DNA from: Narcine bancroftii
Taxonomy: Eukaryota
Length of the DNA: 64,000 nucleotides
Direction of reading: 5' to 3'
Assembly: GCF_036971445.1 (NCBI RefSeq)
Contig: NC_091472.1
Location: 46,128,001 to 46,192,000 of the forward strand
The notes beneath the pieces are model-generated. The model worked only from the letters and a program-made list of their open reading frames with translations, did not search any database and was not told where the DNA came from. The position numbers were made by a program, and so were the translations under genes. Shown here piece after piece: positions 61,853 through 64,000 of this stretch. The number at the start of each line of letters is the position of its first letter. Within the stretch, counting starts at the first letter, position 1.

Positions 61853-63662
61853 ACCCAACCCTAATCCACCGCCCCAACCCCAACCCAGCCCCAGCCCCCC
61901 ACCGCCCCCCCCGCCCCCACCGCCCCCGCCCCCACCGCCCCCGCCCCCACCGCCCCCGCCCCCACCGCCCCCGCCCCCACCGCCCCGCCCCACCGCCCCC
62001 GCCCCACCGCCCCGCCCCCACCGCCCCCGCCCCCACCGCCCCCGCCCCCACCGCCCCCGCCCCCACCGCCCCCGCCCCCACCGCCCCCGCCCCCACCGCC
62101 CCCCGCCCCCACCGCCCCCGCCCCCACCGCCCCCGCCCCACCGCCCCCGCCCCCACCGCCCCCGCCCCCACCGCCCCCGCCCCCACCGCCCCCGCCCCCA
62201 CCGCCCCCGCCCCCACCGCCCCCGCCCCCACCGCCCCCGCCCCCACCGCCCCCGCCCCCACCGCCCCCGCCCCCACCGCCCCCGCCCCCACCGCCCCGCC
62301 CCCACCGCCCCCGCCCCCACCGCCCCCGCCCCACCGCCCCCGCCCCACCGCCCCCGCCCCCACCGCCCCCGCCCCCACCGCCCCCGCCCCCACCGCCCCC
62401 GCCCCCACCGCCCCCGCCCCCACCGCCCCCGCCCCACCGCCCCGCCCCCACCGCCCCCGCCCCACCGCCCCCGCCCCCCACCGCCCCCGCCCCCACCGCC
62501 CCCCGCCCCCACCGCCCCCGCCCCCACCGCCCCCCCGCCCCCCCCACCGCCCCCGCCCCCACCGCCCCCGCCCCCACCGCCCCCGCCCCCACCGCCCCCG
62601 CCCCCACCGCCCCCGCCCCCACCGCCCCGCCCCCACCGCCCCCGCCCCCACCGCCCCCGCCCCCACCGCCCCCGCCCCCACCGCCCCCGCCCCCACCGCC
62701 CCCGCCCCCACCGCCCCGCCCCCACCGCCCCGCCCCCACCGCCCCCGCCCCCACCGCCCCCCCGCCCCCACCGCCCCCGCCCCCACCGCCCCCGCCCCAC
62801 CCCAACCGCCCCCGCCCCCAACCGCCCCGCCCCAACCGCCCCCGCCCCAACCGCCCCCGCCCCAACCGCCCCGCCCACCGCCCCCGCCCCAACCGCCCCG
62901 CCCCAACCGCCCCCGCCCCAACCGCCCCCGCCCCAACCGCCCCGCCCCAACGCCCCGCCCCAACCGCCCCCGCCCCAACCGCCCCCGCCCCAACCGCCCC
63001 CGCCCCAACCGCCCCCCGCCCCAACCGCCCCCCGCCCCAACCGCCCCCGCCCCAACCGCCCCCGCCCCAACCGCCCCCCGCCCCAACCGCCCCCGCCCCC
63101 GCCCCAACGCCCCCGCCCCAACCCCCCCAGCCCCCGCCCCCGCCCCCGCCCCAACCCCCCAGCCCCGCCCCCGCCCCAACCCCCCCAGCCCCCGCCCCCG
63201 CCCCAACCCCCCAGCCCCCGCCCCCGCCCCAACCCCCCAGCCCCGCCCCAACCCCCCAGCCCCCGCCCCCGCCCCAACCCCCCCAGCCCCCGCCCCGCCC
63301 CAGCCCCCGAGCCCCCGCCCCAACCCCCAGCCCCCGCCCCCCCAGCCCCCGCCCCCCCAGCCCCCGCCCCCAACCCCCCCAGCCCCGCTCCCAACCCCCC
63401 AGCCCCCGCCCCCAACCCCCCCAGCCCCCGCCCCCAACCCCCCCAGCCCCCGCCCCAACCCCCCCCAGCCCCCGCCCAACCCCCCCCCAGCCCCCGCCCC
63501 AACCCCCCCAGCCCCCGCCCCAACCCCCCAGCCCCCGCCCAACCCCCGCCCCAACCCGCCCCAGCCCCAGCCCCAACCCCCCCAGCCCCAGCCTTCCCCA
63601 GCCCCAGCCCCAGCCCCAGCCCCAGCCCCAACCCTCCCCCAGGCCCAACCCCAGCCCTAACC
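61853..63662. repeat. C-rich minisatellite (main unit CCGCCCCCGCCCCCA, 15 nt) filling PRPH2 intron 1
   Basis: Direct reading: 15-nt periodicity to ~62800, then a CCGCCCCCGCCCCAA variant, then CCCCAACCCCCCAGCCCCCG-like units and CCCCAG hexamers. Confidence 0.95.
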
Positions 63663-63695
63663 AGCGCTCAGTTGCCTGCCTTCTCTTCCTTGCAG

Positions 63696-63940
63696 CCGCG
63701 TCAAGAGCAACGTGGAAGGAAGGTTCCTGGTGGACGGGGTCCCGTTCAGTTGCTGCAACCCGGCCTCCCGCGGCCTGCATCCAGCAGCAGATCACCAACA
63801 GTTCCGCTCATTACAGCTACGACTTCCAGGCCGAAGAGCTGAACCTGTGGACACGAGGTTGCAAGCAAGCGCTGCTCAACTACTACGCGAATATGATGCA
63901 CTCCATGGGAGCTCTGGTCTTACTCGGTTGGCTGCTGGAG
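63696..63940 (+). CDS. PRPH2: Peripherin-2 exon 2 (D2 loop), with two apparent 1-nt deletions; exon 3 lies beyond the window
   Basis: ttccttgcag acceptor, GAG|gtaaga donor. [64 protein letters not shown]. Length is 245 nt versus 247 in human. Confidence 0.93.
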
Positions 63941-64000
63941 GTAAGAATACCCCCTTAAAATACATGCACAATTTTTTTTTAAAAAGCAACTGCTCTTGTC

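Noticed and set aside
61709-63842. Four 580-670 aa Gly- or Pro-rich ORFs resembling extensin, formin or glycine-rich proteins
   Set aside because: They are translations of the stop-free C-rich minisatellite inside a canonical GT-AG intron of PRPH2.

Overview
Eukaryotic vertebrate DNA, most likely from a cartilaginous fish (ray or shark), inferred from HE1-like V-SINEs, abundant CR1, Rex1/Babar, L1, Penelope and Tc1 elements and from the protein sequences. The window holds the conserved BICRAL-TBCC-PRPH2 gene block. BICRAL (GLTSCR1L) is on the minus strand: a CpG-island promoter at about 43-45.5 kb and eight coding exons from 32918 down to 7652, all with consistent GT-AG sites and phases; the gene apparently runs off the left edge. 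TBCC is an intronless plus-strand gene at 54430-55478 with one frameshift. PRPH2 exons 1 and 2 are on the plus strand (61155-61730, 63696-63940) and carry seven apparent 1-nt deletions; its intron 1 is almost entirely a ~1.8 kb C-rich minisatellite. The rest is largely decayed, often nested transposons. I found no convincing new biological system. The most notable oddities are the PRPH2/TBCC frameshifts (probably consensus errors), the G-quadruplex-prone intronic array, a three-LTR internally inverted retroelement inserted into a 5S-rRNA-derived SINE, a fold-back Tc1 and a near-identical inverted LINE fragment inside BICRAL introns, and a possible overlapping uORF at the BICRAL start. Repeat boundaries were set by eye and are approximate unless a TSD or TIR is quoted.
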